Shown here one piece after another: positions 48,183 through 56,384 of a stretch of DNA of 64,000 nt. This stretch comes from a virus. The notes under the pieces are model-generated. The model saw only the letters and a list, made by a program, of their open reading frames with translations, was not told the DNA's origin and did not search any database. The translations under genes were made by a program, and so were the position numbers. The stretch lies in the IMG/VR virus record IMGVR_UViG_3300024348_000008; one strand, 5' to 3'. The stretch's first letter is position 1. Each line of letters opens with the position of its first letter.

Positions 48183-50038
48183 TGAAATACATTACTTCCA
48201 TTTGGATGTGTATAGGCATATTATTTTTAAGTTTGTTTCTTAAAGTATACAATGTTTCATATGTTGAACAAATTCAACTTATGGGATTTGATGCTAAAAT
48301 CAAATCTCTTCCACAACAAAAATCAAAAGACGTAGTTATATACGAAATTGGCGAAGGTACATTAAAACAGTGGGGTCAATTCCCATTACCTCGTCAATAC
48401 TATGCTCAAATCATATCAAATTTAATAGATGCAAATGCAGATATCAAGGCCTTTACGATTGTTTTTCCGGAGGCAGATAGGTTTGGTGGAGATCCAGCGT
48501 TTGAATCGTGGATAAAGGACTCTGGAGTGGTTCTATCACAAAAAGCCGATCCTCGAGGACGAGATGATGTAGCACCGTATGTTGGTACGGCAATGAAAGG
48601 AAGTGGAGATCCAATGGATTTTCTTCAAGAATATGATAAAATATTAACCAATATTCCTATTATAGAAAATTATGCATGGGGAGCAGGAGTTACAAATGTT
48701 GCACCAGAGGTTGATGGTCTTGTGCGTAAATTTCCATTGGTTATACAAGTAAATGAAAAAAGATACCCTTCATTATCAGTAGAGATTATACGAGCAGAAG
48801 AACAAACAAAGGGTTATACGATTAATACTGATCCGGATCTTGGTATAGTAGATTTGTTTATACCACCAAAATTACATTCTAAAACAAATTCAGACGGAAC
48901 CGGATATATTAATTTTTCAATAGAACACGACCGATATGAGGTTGGAGTGGATGTTCTCCCTGATTTAAGTGGGAAAACAGTTCTGATTGGTGTTTCGGCT
49001 CTTGGGATTGTGCCAGAGATTCTGACTCCGTTAGGGTTAAAATTTCCCCATGAGATTCAAGCATCGGCTCTCTCAACGATCCTTTCTGGGGATTCAATAA
49101 TCCGTCCTTATTGGGCTGATTTGGTGGAAATAGGTCTAATTCTAATTGGATCTCTTTTGATTCTTTCATCTGTTTATTATTTTCCTGCGATAATCGGATT
49201 AGGCGTCTTCGCCGTTGTTGGTTCTTCTGTGATTGGTTTCTCATCTTATAATTGGACAACTTCAATGTATCTCCTTGATTGGACATTTGCTATAGTATTA
49301 TATATAATACTTTTCGCGCATGCAAGTTTTAACAATTTTTGGATTCAATTTAAACTAAGACAACAAATTAAAGGTCAGTTCGGAACGTATCTATCACCTG
49401 ATATGGTGAATATATTGATTAAAGATCCAAGTTTAATGAAGCTTGGAGGTGATAGAAAAGAAATGACATTCTTATTTATGGATATATGTGGTTTTACGCC
49501 AATATCAGAACATTATAAGAATAACGATGATCCTGAAGGATTAGTAGAATTAGTCAATGAATTCCTTGATGCAATGACAAAAATCATTCTCAAAAATGGG
49601 GGAACAATTGACAAGTACATGGGGGACTGCATAATGGCATTTTGGAATGCACCTTTACCCTGTAAAAATCACGCTGAAATGGCAGTTAAATCAGCAATAG
49701 AAATAGAAGAAAAAACAAATGAACTCAAAATGGTCTACGAAAGACGAGGTCTTCCTGATATTAATGTTGGTACTGGCGTTAACACCGGGGATTGTATTGT
49801 TGGTAACATGGGTAGTGAATCCAGATTTGACTATTCGGTTATTGGAGATGCAGTCAACCTTGCAGCTCGATTGGAAGCTACGGCCGCTAGAAATGAGTAT
49901 ATAGATTATAAAACAATATATTCATCTTACACAATGAAGAAACTCCCGGAAGGGTATGTATCTCATGAGATTGGTAAGATTAAAGTAAAAGGCAAAGAAG
50001 AGCTAATTACAATATACTCCCCAACAGCTAAAAAATAA
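48182..50038 (+). CDS. CHASE2-domain class III adenylate cyclase
   Basis: GQFPLPR, DGLVR, VLIG.SA (CHASE2); three TMs; FMDICGFT, DKYMGD, FDYSVIGDAVNLAARLE (Lys/Asp ATP-specifying residues). Confidence 0.95.
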   Translation: MKYITSIWMCIGILFLSLFLKVYNVSYVEQIQLMGFDAKIKSLPQQKSKDVVIYEIGEGTLKQWGQFPLPRQYYAQIISNLIDANADIKAFTIVFPEADRFGGDPAFESWIKDSGVVLSQKADPRGRDDVAPYVGTAMKGSGDPMDFLQEYDKILTNIPIIENYAWGAGVTNVAPEVDGLVRKFPLVIQVNEKRYPSLSVEIIRAEEQTKGYTINTDPDLGIVDLFIPPKLHSKTNSDGTGYINFSIEHDRYEVGVDVLPDLSGKTVLIGVSALGIVPEILTPLGLKFPHEIQASALSTILSGDSIIRPYWADLVEIGLILIGSLLILSSVYYFPAIIGLGVFAVVGSSVIGFSSYNWTTSMYLLDWTFAIVLYIILFAHASFNNFWIQFKLRQQIKGQFGTYLSPDMVNILIKDPSLMKLGGDRKEMTFLFMDICGFTPISEHYKNNDDPEGLVELVNEFLDAMTKIILKNGGTIDKYMGDCIMAFWNAPLPCKNHAEMAVKSAIEIEEKTNELKMVYERRGLPDINVGTGVNTGDCIVGNMGSESRFDYSVIGDAVNLAARLEATAARNEYIDYKTIYSSYTMKKLPEGYVSHEIGKIKVKGKEELITIYSPTAKK

Positions 50039-50060
50039 CAATGAACCCCTGCTTGGATTC

Positions 50061-50135
50061 TTATATGAGCGGGTGTGCGTTTTAAAACAAGTTCGAAGGT
50101 ACTTGCTAAGAACTATACACACCAGGCTCTTATAA
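50061..50135. other. Long imperfect intergenic hairpin
   Basis: Nested gagc/gctc, ggtgtg/cacacc, caagt/acttg pairings. Confidence 0.5.
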
Positions 50136-50177
50136 TAAAAAAATATATACATATAAGTAAATAATCTAAGAAAAACA

Positions 50178-50205
50178 TGTACATTCCCGGTCAGTATGGT
50201 ATAAT
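50178..50205 (+). promoter_or_regulatory. Early promoter TGTACA-N16-TATAAT
   Basis: Variant with a 16-nt spacer. Confidence 0.75.
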
Positions 50206-50238
50206 AGCTCTATTAAATAATTAAATAAGGCAAAAATT

Positions 50239-50328
50239 ATGAATGAAGAGAACTGGACCATAGAGCTAGACGGCGAAGACTTTACCTTCCTAACACAGGA
50301 AGAGTATGACGCGGAGGTGGCAAAATGA
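50239..50328 (+). CDS. Tiny acidic early peptide (29 aa, not in ORF track)
   Basis: TAAGG SD; ATGA overlap with next gene. Confidence 0.5.
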   Translation: MNEENWTIELDGEDFTFLTQEEYDAEVAK

Positions 50329-50567
50329 TATTTAACCACAAACGTATGGTAAACGGAATAACTTGTACTCATATAGCTACAGGACAATTTATAGAAATTC
50401 CTCTTGATTATAAAGAAATGCAACTCGCATTAGATAATTCTAATACTTTGCTTGATTCATGGGCATTATTACTCGATATGCTTAAAGAAAGATTAGATAT
50501 AATTATAATGGGTAATTACGATTTAGAGACAATTACCGTTAACGGCAAAACAAGACCATTACATTGA
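50325..50567 (+). CDS. Early hypothetical protein
   Basis: GGAGGT SD; HIATG motif shared with 51987-52166. Confidence 0.6.
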   Translation: MIFNHKRMVNGITCTHIATGQFIEIPLDYKEMQLALDNSNTLLDSWALLLDMLKERLDIIIMGNYDLETITVNGKTRPLH

Positions 50568-50926
50568 TTTTTAGTATAAAGGGTAGACATAAGAACTCAG
50601 CCGCGGTTGAGGAATATGTACAAAACTTATGTCGTGAGCTCAAGATATCACATCTCAAAAAAGCAGAATTTAGTATCAGGTTTGTAACAAAATGTGATAC
50701 AGGTGCTTTAGGTTTGTGTTGGGATGATACTGAAGAGATTGAAGTAGAAATTTCAAGAACATATGAAGGAGAACCTTTAACGTTCTTCGAACAAATGCAA
50801 ACAATATCACATGAAATGGTACATGTAAAGCAATTTTTAAGAAAACAATATCCAAGTGAGCGCGAAGCTAAGAACCTTGAGTTTAAACTGTATGGAAAGT
50901 GCTTTCCGTGGAATTTAGTCAGATAG
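50564..50926 (+). CDS. HEXXH metallopeptidase-like protein
   Basis: ISHEMVHVKQF, EREA. Confidence 0.75.
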   Translation: MIFSIKGRHKNSAAVEEYVQNLCRELKISHLKKAEFSIRFVTKCDTGALGLCWDDTEEIEVEISRTYEGEPLTFFEQMQTISHEMVHVKQFLRKQYPSEREAKNLEFKLYGKCFPWNLVR

Positions 50927-50944
50927 TGTGACTAATATATCACA
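50927..50944. promoter_or_regulatory. TGTGA-N8-TCACA palindrome (CRP/FNR-family-like operator)
   Basis: TGTGACTAATATATCACA upstream of early cassette B. Confidence 0.55.
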
Positions 50945-50980
50945 GTGGTCACACAAAGTGAAAAAAAGTGAAAATAAACA

Positions 50981-51052
50981 TGTACAAACATGTAAAACTA
51001 TGGTATAATATACCTATATTAAAAAATAAAACACTGTAAGGAGTGTCTAATG
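50981..51052 (+). promoter_or_regulatory. Early promoter cassette B
   Basis: TGTACA-N17-TATAAT, A-rich UP region, GTAAGGAGTG SD. Confidence 0.9.
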
Positions 51053-51574
51053 AAAGTATCAAAAGAATTATTAAACCACATCGCGGCTGAAAATGCTAAA
51101 ACCAGAGCTTGGATTGCTGAAGATCCTAAAAATCGTTGGGCAGGACTTTATCCTGAAACCGTAAAGCATTGGGAAGATCGTGGTATCTTTACTCTTGCCC
51201 AGCTCGAAAGAGATGAGTTAATTACTCACATTTACGAAGGTCATAAGGATGCTTATGGCACGAAAGGTCGTCATTATGACTTTGACGCAATGTCTCTCGA
51301 GCAGCTTAAAGCTGAAGCTGATTCAATCAGCGTTGCAATTTCTGCAGAAAGGGAGAGAATGGAAGCTCAAGAAAGAGCTAATATTTCGAACTTCGAAAAA
51401 CAGATTGCTGATCTTGCAGAAATGGGTGCATCTCGAAAAGATGCTATTCGTTGGATGCTTGAAGCTGAAGGTCTCAAAGACGAGTATGATGTTGGTTATG
51501 TCCAATATACCTTCGGTCTTCCTTATAATTATATAACGGAAGAATTTACCTCTGCATTGAAAGAGGCTGCATAA
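51050..51574 (+). CDS. Early hypothetical protein
   Basis: Strong SD; HKDAYG.K.R motif. Confidence 0.75.
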   Translation: MKVSKELLNHIAAENAKTRAWIAEDPKNRWAGLYPETVKHWEDRGIFTLAQLERDELITHIYEGHKDAYGTKGRHYDFDAMSLEQLKAEADSISVAISAERERMEAQERANISNFEKQIADLAEMGASRKDAIRWMLEAEGLKDEYDVGYVQYTFGLPYNYITEEFTSALKEAA

Positions 51575-51635
51575 AGTATATAACCCTAGGTTATAACGTT
51601 ATGAAAAAAAAGTATAAAAAAAGTGAAAATAAACA

Positions 51636-51705
51636 TGTACAAACATGTCAAACTGTGGTATAATATACCTATATTAAAAAATAAATCATGTAAGGAGTGA
51701 TTATG
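51636..51705 (+). promoter_or_regulatory. Early promoter cassette C
   Basis: Same cassette; palindrome tataacc-cta-ggttata at 51579-51595 upstream. Confidence 0.9.
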
Positions 51706-51987
51706 AAAAAAAGTGAAATAGTAAAATTAGCAACTTTAATAGCTAAAATCGACAATAACGAAACCTTAGGTACCGTTATTAATCTTGTCAAAGACCAACA
51801 AAAAAACATAAGAGCTACAGCAAATATGCTTGTAAAAGCTTCTTTGTCTGTTGGTGATATTGTTAAAATTAACAGTAGAAAAATTACTGAAAATGGTAAA
51901 GTCATCAAAATTAACAGAACTAAAGCTGAAGTCGAAATCGACGGAAAGATTTGGAACTGTCCTTTATCAATGTTGGAGGTTATATAA
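51703..51987 (+). CDS. Early protein with SH3/KOW-like C-terminus
   Basis: LSVGDIV, G.V.KINR..A.V, W..P.S.L. Confidence 0.7.
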   Translation: MKKSEIVKLATLIAKIDNNETLGTVINLVKDQQKNIRATANMLVKASLSVGDIVKINSRKITENGKVIKINRTKAEVEIDGKIWNCPLSMLEVI

Positions 51988-52166
51988 TGTATATAGCTAG
52001 ATTAGAACATATCGCAACTGGATATCCTCATCAAGTACAAATTAGTTTTTTTGAATATCTTATGTATAAAATAATGCCAGAAACTCTTGTAAGATCTTTG
52101 GAATCTCAACTCGGAATGGAATTCGAGTTGGATTATTTCTTCGAAGGAGTTACTTATGTCAAATAA
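51987..52166 (+). CDS. Early hypothetical protein
   Basis: GGAGG SD; HIATG. Confidence 0.55.
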   Translation: MYIARLEHIATGYPHQVQISFFEYLMYKIMPETLVRSLESQLGMEFELDYFFEGVTYVK

Positions 52167-52500
52167 TATACACAATACTGAAGAAGAGCTCTTAATCGAA
52201 ATAGATAGATTAGATAATAAGTCCTTTGATATGGAATGTGTTATTAGAGATGTTAATTCTGAAACTAAGGCAATCAAATATGATGATATTCCTATGAATA
52301 TCTATATAAAAATACAATCATTAGCTGAAGCTAATGGTATTGATGAGAAAGAGCTTGAATGGAAAATCGACGAAGTTCGTGATGCTGTTAACAAGCTTGA
52401 ATCCGCTATTTATGATTTAGTTGAACCTTTCGAAGATAAGAAAAGAGATATTGATAACGAGAAAGACGAACTCGAATATGAGTTGGAGGATGTAGCATAA
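52156..52500 (+). CDS. Acidic coiled-coil early protein
   Basis: AAGGAG SD; D/E-rich. Confidence 0.6.
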   Translation: MSNNIHNTEEELLIEIDRLDNKSFDMECVIRDVNSETKAIKYDDIPMNIYIKIQSLAEANGIDEKELEWKIDEVRDAVNKLESAIYDLVEPFEDKKRDIDNEKDELEYELEDVA

Positions 52501-52751
52501 TGCGTATTTCAGAAAATTATATAACAACCTTAGATCCTCATTGTTTGTTTGCAATAGAAGAGCTTAAAAGTATTAGAAAAAGTATTAGTATTGCTAATGC
52601 TGAAACTGATACTAAATTTAGAGTTGAAGTAAAAGCTAGAGGACCTCGAAGAGTTCACGCAATTACAGATGGTTTACCACATTATGCTTATGATCAGTGG
52701 TTACCTATTCGTCACGCAGAAAGATTAGACGTATATGTTTATAGGAGATAA
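52500..52751 (+). CDS. Early hypothetical protein
   Basis: RGPR...A.R.DVYVY. Confidence 0.6.
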   Translation: MRISENYITTLDPHCLFAIEELKSIRKSISIANAETDTKFRVEVKARGPRRVHAITDGLPHYAYDQWLPIRHAERLDVYVYRR

Positions 52752-52762
52752 TTAACGTACTA

Positions 52763-52906
52763 ATGAAAACAATGAAAAAAAATTCAGAAGTTAAAAGAGT
52801 TAAAGAAAATTTAACTCAAAAAATGAAATCAGAAGGTTGGGAATATTGTCCTAAGTCTGAATGGAAAAAAACTGTGACTAAAATATCACAGAATGAAAAA
52901 AAATGA
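52763..52906 (+). CDS. Small basic protein (47 aa, not in ORF track)
   Basis: AGGAG upstream; GWEYCPKSEWK. Confidence 0.5.
   Translation: MKTMKKNSEVKRVKENLTQKMKSEGWEYCPKSEWKKTVTKISQNEKK
52873..52890. promoter_or_regulatory. TGTGA-N8-TCACA palindrome, second copy
   Basis: TGTGACTAAAATATCACA upstream of cassette D. Confidence 0.55.
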
Positions 52907-52915
52907 AAATAAACA

Positions 52916-52982
52916 TGTACAAACGTGTTAAAATAGGGTATAATATCCCTATGTTAAATAAATCATGTAAGGAGTGAGTATG
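52916..52982 (+). promoter_or_regulatory. Early promoter cassette D
   Basis: TGTACA-N17-TATAAT with GTAAGGAGTG SD. Confidence 0.88.
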
Positions 52983-53291
52983 AAAAAAAATATTAAAATA
53001 GATAGATTAGCATTAATCAAACAATCTGCTGAACGTATAGCAGCTAAACGAGCTGAAGAAGCGTCATTTCAAGAATCTATTCGTAGATTAGATGAACGTA
53101 AAGCAGCAATTAAAGCTCATCAAAAATTAACGAAAACCGTTAAAAAGGCAGGTACTCAAGCACCTTCGAGTCTTGAATGTAATGAACCTAGAAACATGTA
53201 TTATAGTGATAAAGATACTGCTAAGTTTCTAGAAGGTTCTAGTATCATGGATGCATATAATGCAAATAAATTCATCGATGATTGGAATTAA
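52980..53291 (+). CDS. Early hypothetical protein
   Basis: Strong SD. Confidence 0.65.
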   Translation: MKKNIKIDRLALIKQSAERIAAKRAEEASFQESIRRLDERKAAIKAHQKLTKTVKKAGTQAPSSLECNEPRNMYYSDKDTAKFLEGSSIMDAYNANKFIDDWN

Positions 53292-53292
53292 A

Positions 53293-53469
53293 ATGGAAGG
53301 TTTAAATTTAGTAACCGACATACTAGAAAAAATAGTCGGACAATTAGATTCAATAGAATCACGTTTAGATCAAATCGATTCAAATGTTGATAGCGCCAAA
53401 TCAGATATTAATTCACTTACAAGTGATGTATCAGATGTTAGAACAACAGTTGAATATTTAGAGAGATAA
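53293..53469 (+). CDS. Small coiled-coil protein
   Basis: Heptad pattern. Confidence 0.55.
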   Translation: MEGLNLVTDILEKIVGQLDSIESRLDQIDSNVDSAKSDINSLTSDVSDVRTTVEYLER

Positions 53470-53471
53470 TA

Positions 53472-53906
53472 ATGAAAATTATATTTGATGTAGATGGAAC
53501 TCTTATGGATATAGAACATAGGCGACACCATCTACAAAATGGTAATAACGATTGGGAAGCATTTAACAATGCAATGGAGCATGATGTTCCAAACTTTCCA
53601 ATTATGCATATTGCATTTGACATGTCTAGACAAGGTCATGAGATTGTTGTGTGTTCTGCAAGAAATGAAAGACACAGAGAAATCACTGAAAAACAAATCA
53701 GAGATTGTGGTGTAAAGTTTGGTCATTGTTTCCTAAGGGAAGATGATGATTTTAGACCTGATGAGGTATTCAAGAAAGATGTTCTTGATGCTCTTATCGC
53801 TCAAGATTGGAAACCTGATCTTGTATTTGACGATCGTAATAGTGTTGTTGACATGTGGAGACGAAATGGTCTTGTATGTGTTCAAGTTGCAGAAGGAGAT
53901 TTTTAA
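53472..53906 (+). CDS. PseT-like HAD 3'-phosphatase domain (stand-alone)
   Basis: FDVDGTL, SAR, D.RPD..K, VFDDR..VV.MWR..G, QVA.GDF. Confidence 0.88.
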   Translation: MKIIFDVDGTLMDIEHRRHHLQNGNNDWEAFNNAMEHDVPNFPIMHIAFDMSRQGHEIVVCSARNERHREITEKQIRDCGVKFGHCFLREDDDFRPDEVFKKDVLDALIAQDWKPDLVFDDRNSVVDMWRRNGLVCVQVAEGDF

Positions 53907-54133
53907 TGGAACTATTAGCAGTTGCAATATTTGTCATGGCATCTATAGGAGTATTTACAGGATCTTACTTAGTATACCGAGACAAACAAATTGAATGGGA
54001 AAAAAGGAATAAGAAATGAAAGAAGAAGAAATATTTCTTAAGAGAGCTCGAGCATTAATAACTGCTGGAAAGAGAGCTAAAAATGTAGAATTTAAAAATT
54101 TGTGGTTCAATAAGCTTAAAGAATTAATGTATA

Positions 54134-54433
54134 ATGAGCAAAGAAGAATCTCAGGAGAAGATGATAGTGGGACAATACACTGAAATTGTAGATCGGAGAA
54201 GAAAAATGATTAAAGCAGAAAAATGGGCAAAAGGAATTAAAACATTCCATGCTCATAGTCTAGATTCAATGTACTACGACCATGGTCGTAAAGATGGAAG
54301 TGTAATAGATATTGAATATAATAGTGGTTTAATTGAAAGGACAATTAAAGCTACTGGAGAAAAAGTATACTTTGGTACTAAATTAGAAGGAACAGAATTA
54401 CTTAGAATATGGGAAAGACGAAATATTTCCTAG
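54134..54433 (+). CDS. Hypothetical protein
   Basis: ORF in early block; start uncertain. Confidence 0.55.
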   Translation: MSKEESQEKMIVGQYTEIVDRRRKMIKAEKWAKGIKTFHAHSLDSMYYDHGRKDGSVIDIEYNSGLIERTIKATGEKVYFGTKLEGTELLRIWERRNIS

Positions 54434-54438
54434 GCTTT

Positions 54439-54512
54439 GGCCGGTACGATGGACCTTTCGCGCAATATCGTGCGGACACTCCTTACGAACCATCGTATCG
54501 GCCATCTTTTTA
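54439..54512 (+). ncRNA. Candidate structured RNA/terminator with anti-SD loop
   Basis: 14-bp stem ggccggtacgatgg/ccatcgtatcggcc, inner cgca/tgcg hairpin, unpaired GACACTCCTTAC, T-run after stem. Confidence 0.55.
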
Positions 54513-54522
54513 ATATGATAAT

Positions 54523-54966
54523 ATGATATATAAACAAACAAAAGTCACTTCAGAATTTATTAAACACAGAGATAAGCTAGCATTAGATTTATCTGGTGAG
54601 AATACAACCTTTAGAGCAGATTTTGAGTGGCCAGAATGGTATCTTGGTAAGGTAATTCCTAAAGAATCTTTACATGAAAGGTTTTATGGTTATTCATATG
54701 ATACAACCCACCCTAGTTATGGAAAATGCGAATTTAAATATCTTGCAAAAACTGGTAAAGTACATATAGGTTTATTTACGCAGAGACAACAATTTGATAG
54801 TTTTATATTTTGGAATTGGGAGAAAAAATTCGGTGAATTATCAGAAGGAGATCTCATAGATTTTGAACTGATTGATGTGGTCCCTAGGAAGTTTGTATTA
54901 CCTCTAATAGAGTATACAACATTTAATTATAATAAACATGTACAAACACTTAAAACTGTGGTATAA
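54523..54966 (+). CDS. Hypothetical protein
   Basis: 147 aa; YD...EFK could be nuclease-like. Confidence 0.55.
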   Translation: MIYKQTKVTSEFIKHRDKLALDLSGENTTFRADFEWPEWYLGKVIPKESLHERFYGYSYDTTHPSYGKCEFKYLAKTGKVHIGLFTQRQQFDSFIFWNWEKKFGELSEGDLIDFELIDVVPRKFVLPLIEYTTFNYNKHVQTLKTVV

Positions 54967-54967
54967 T
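54939..54967 (+). promoter_or_regulatory. Early promoter TGTACA-N17-TATAAT
   Basis: Repeated motif. Confidence 0.85.
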
Positions 54968-54984
54968 ATACTCAAGGATTAATA

Positions 54985-56130
54985 ATGGCAACTGCTACAG
55001 AAAAGAAAAGAATTAAAATGCGAGGTAACCGTAAGAGTATCGAAGATATTCATATGGGACCAGAGCCAAGTTATAATGAAAATAGTTCAATGACTTCATC
55101 GGATTGGATTCGAGGAGCAAATTGGTATAATTATTTTTGGAGTGCAAAGGATTTTCAAAAATGCATATTAACATATGTAGAAGAATTAGGATATACTAAA
55201 GAAGAAACAAATTCCCTCAAAAAACTAACAGATTGGGAACTTGGATCTAGAATTAAAACTATTATTAAGCTTACTGAAAGAGGTTTTGTCCATAAGCCCG
55301 AACAATTAGAAGCCGTTAATGAAGAAATTAAACTTAAAATCGATTTAGCAAAAACTCGAGTTGCAGAAATTAAAGACGCAAAAGCTTCTGCAAAACCCGT
55401 TATAACAATTCAACAAAGAATGAAACAAAAAATGTATAGCACAATTTATGAAGATTGGGATTTCGTTGTTGATGGTTGGATTGCTGGAGAATTTAATAGA
55501 ACTATAGATACGTATGCATTATTTAAACAATACGATTTAAAAGGTGCAACTATAACAATGTTTGGAGATGTTGTTAGAGGCGAATATGATGTTGTATCAG
55601 ACGCAGTCAATAAAACATGCGATCAAGCAGTTGAAGGTTATAGTCATATTACAACAGCGAATTTAAAGAAAATGATGAAAACTATGGAAGGTATATTCGC
55701 AGATCTTGATAGATTAAAAAATGCAGCAAAAGCTGCTCGTATTCCAAGAGCAAAAAAACCTAAGGCTTCTGATGCTCAAATTATAAAACTTAATTATTGT
55801 AATTCAGATATTACATCAAAATTACATTCTATTAATCCAGTGATGATTCCAGGAGCATCTCGTTTATATGTTTATAATATTAAAACGCGAAAGTATACAA
55901 TGTATACATCAGATAGCACATCTGGATTTGAAGTTAGAGGTTCAACTCTATATAATTGGGATGAAAATAGTAAGATTACAACATTAAGGAAACCTGATGA
56001 AGTGTTACCATTAATTTTAAATAAAACTGCATTCCAGTTAGACAAATTATGGAAAACCTTTACCACTAAAATAAACAAACCAAACGGTCGAATTAACAAA
56101 GACTGTATATTATTAAGAGTAGAAAGATGA
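54985..56130 (+). CDS. Conserved T4-like hypothetical protein
   Basis: NWYNY, SINP..I.GA..L.VYN.K.RK, TLRKP, NGRIN...ILL. Confidence 0.75.
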   Translation: MATATEKKRIKMRGNRKSIEDIHMGPEPSYNENSSMTSSDWIRGANWYNYFWSAKDFQKCILTYVEELGYTKEETNSLKKLTDWELGSRIKTIIKLTERGFVHKPEQLEAVNEEIKLKIDLAKTRVAEIKDAKASAKPVITIQQRMKQKMYSTIYEDWDFVVDGWIAGEFNRTIDTYALFKQYDLKGATITMFGDVVRGEYDVVSDAVNKTCDQAVEGYSHITTANLKKMMKTMEGIFADLDRLKNAAKAARIPRAKKPKASDAQIIKLNYCNSDITSKLHSINPVMIPGASRLYVYNIKTRKYTMYTSDSTSGFEVRGSTLYNWDENSKITTLRKPDEVLPLILNKTAFQLDKLWKTFTTKINKPNGRINKDCILLRVER

Positions 56131-56384
56131 ACAAAAAAACAGCAATAGATCCATTAGAACATAAAATTATGACTAAGAAACGGTTTAATGTTGCTGTAGA
56201 AATGTTTGTCAATAATCATAATATGTCATATCTAGATGCTATGACACATGTAATTGAAAGTAGAGGAATGGATTATTCTAACATTAAAAAGTTATTATCT
56301 CCATCTCTAAAAGCAAAACTCGAAGCAGAAGCTATCGAAAATAATTTAGTAAAATTAAAAAGAGGAAACAAACTACCAATATAA
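56127..56384 (+). CDS. gp33: Late transcription coactivator
   Basis: SYLDA, LK.KLEAEA...N, KLPI; precedes gp59 and gp32. Confidence 0.88.
   Translation: MNKKTAIDPLEHKIMTKKRFNVAVEMFVNNHNMSYLDAMTHVIESRGMDYSNIKKLLSPSLKAKLEAEAIENNLVKLKRGNKLPI

Noticed and set aside
50958-52982. Repeats as a CRISPR array
   Set aside because: They are promoter/leader cassettes separated by whole genes
54439-54512. tRNA gene
   Set aside because: No cloverleaf, T-loop GTTC or CCA end
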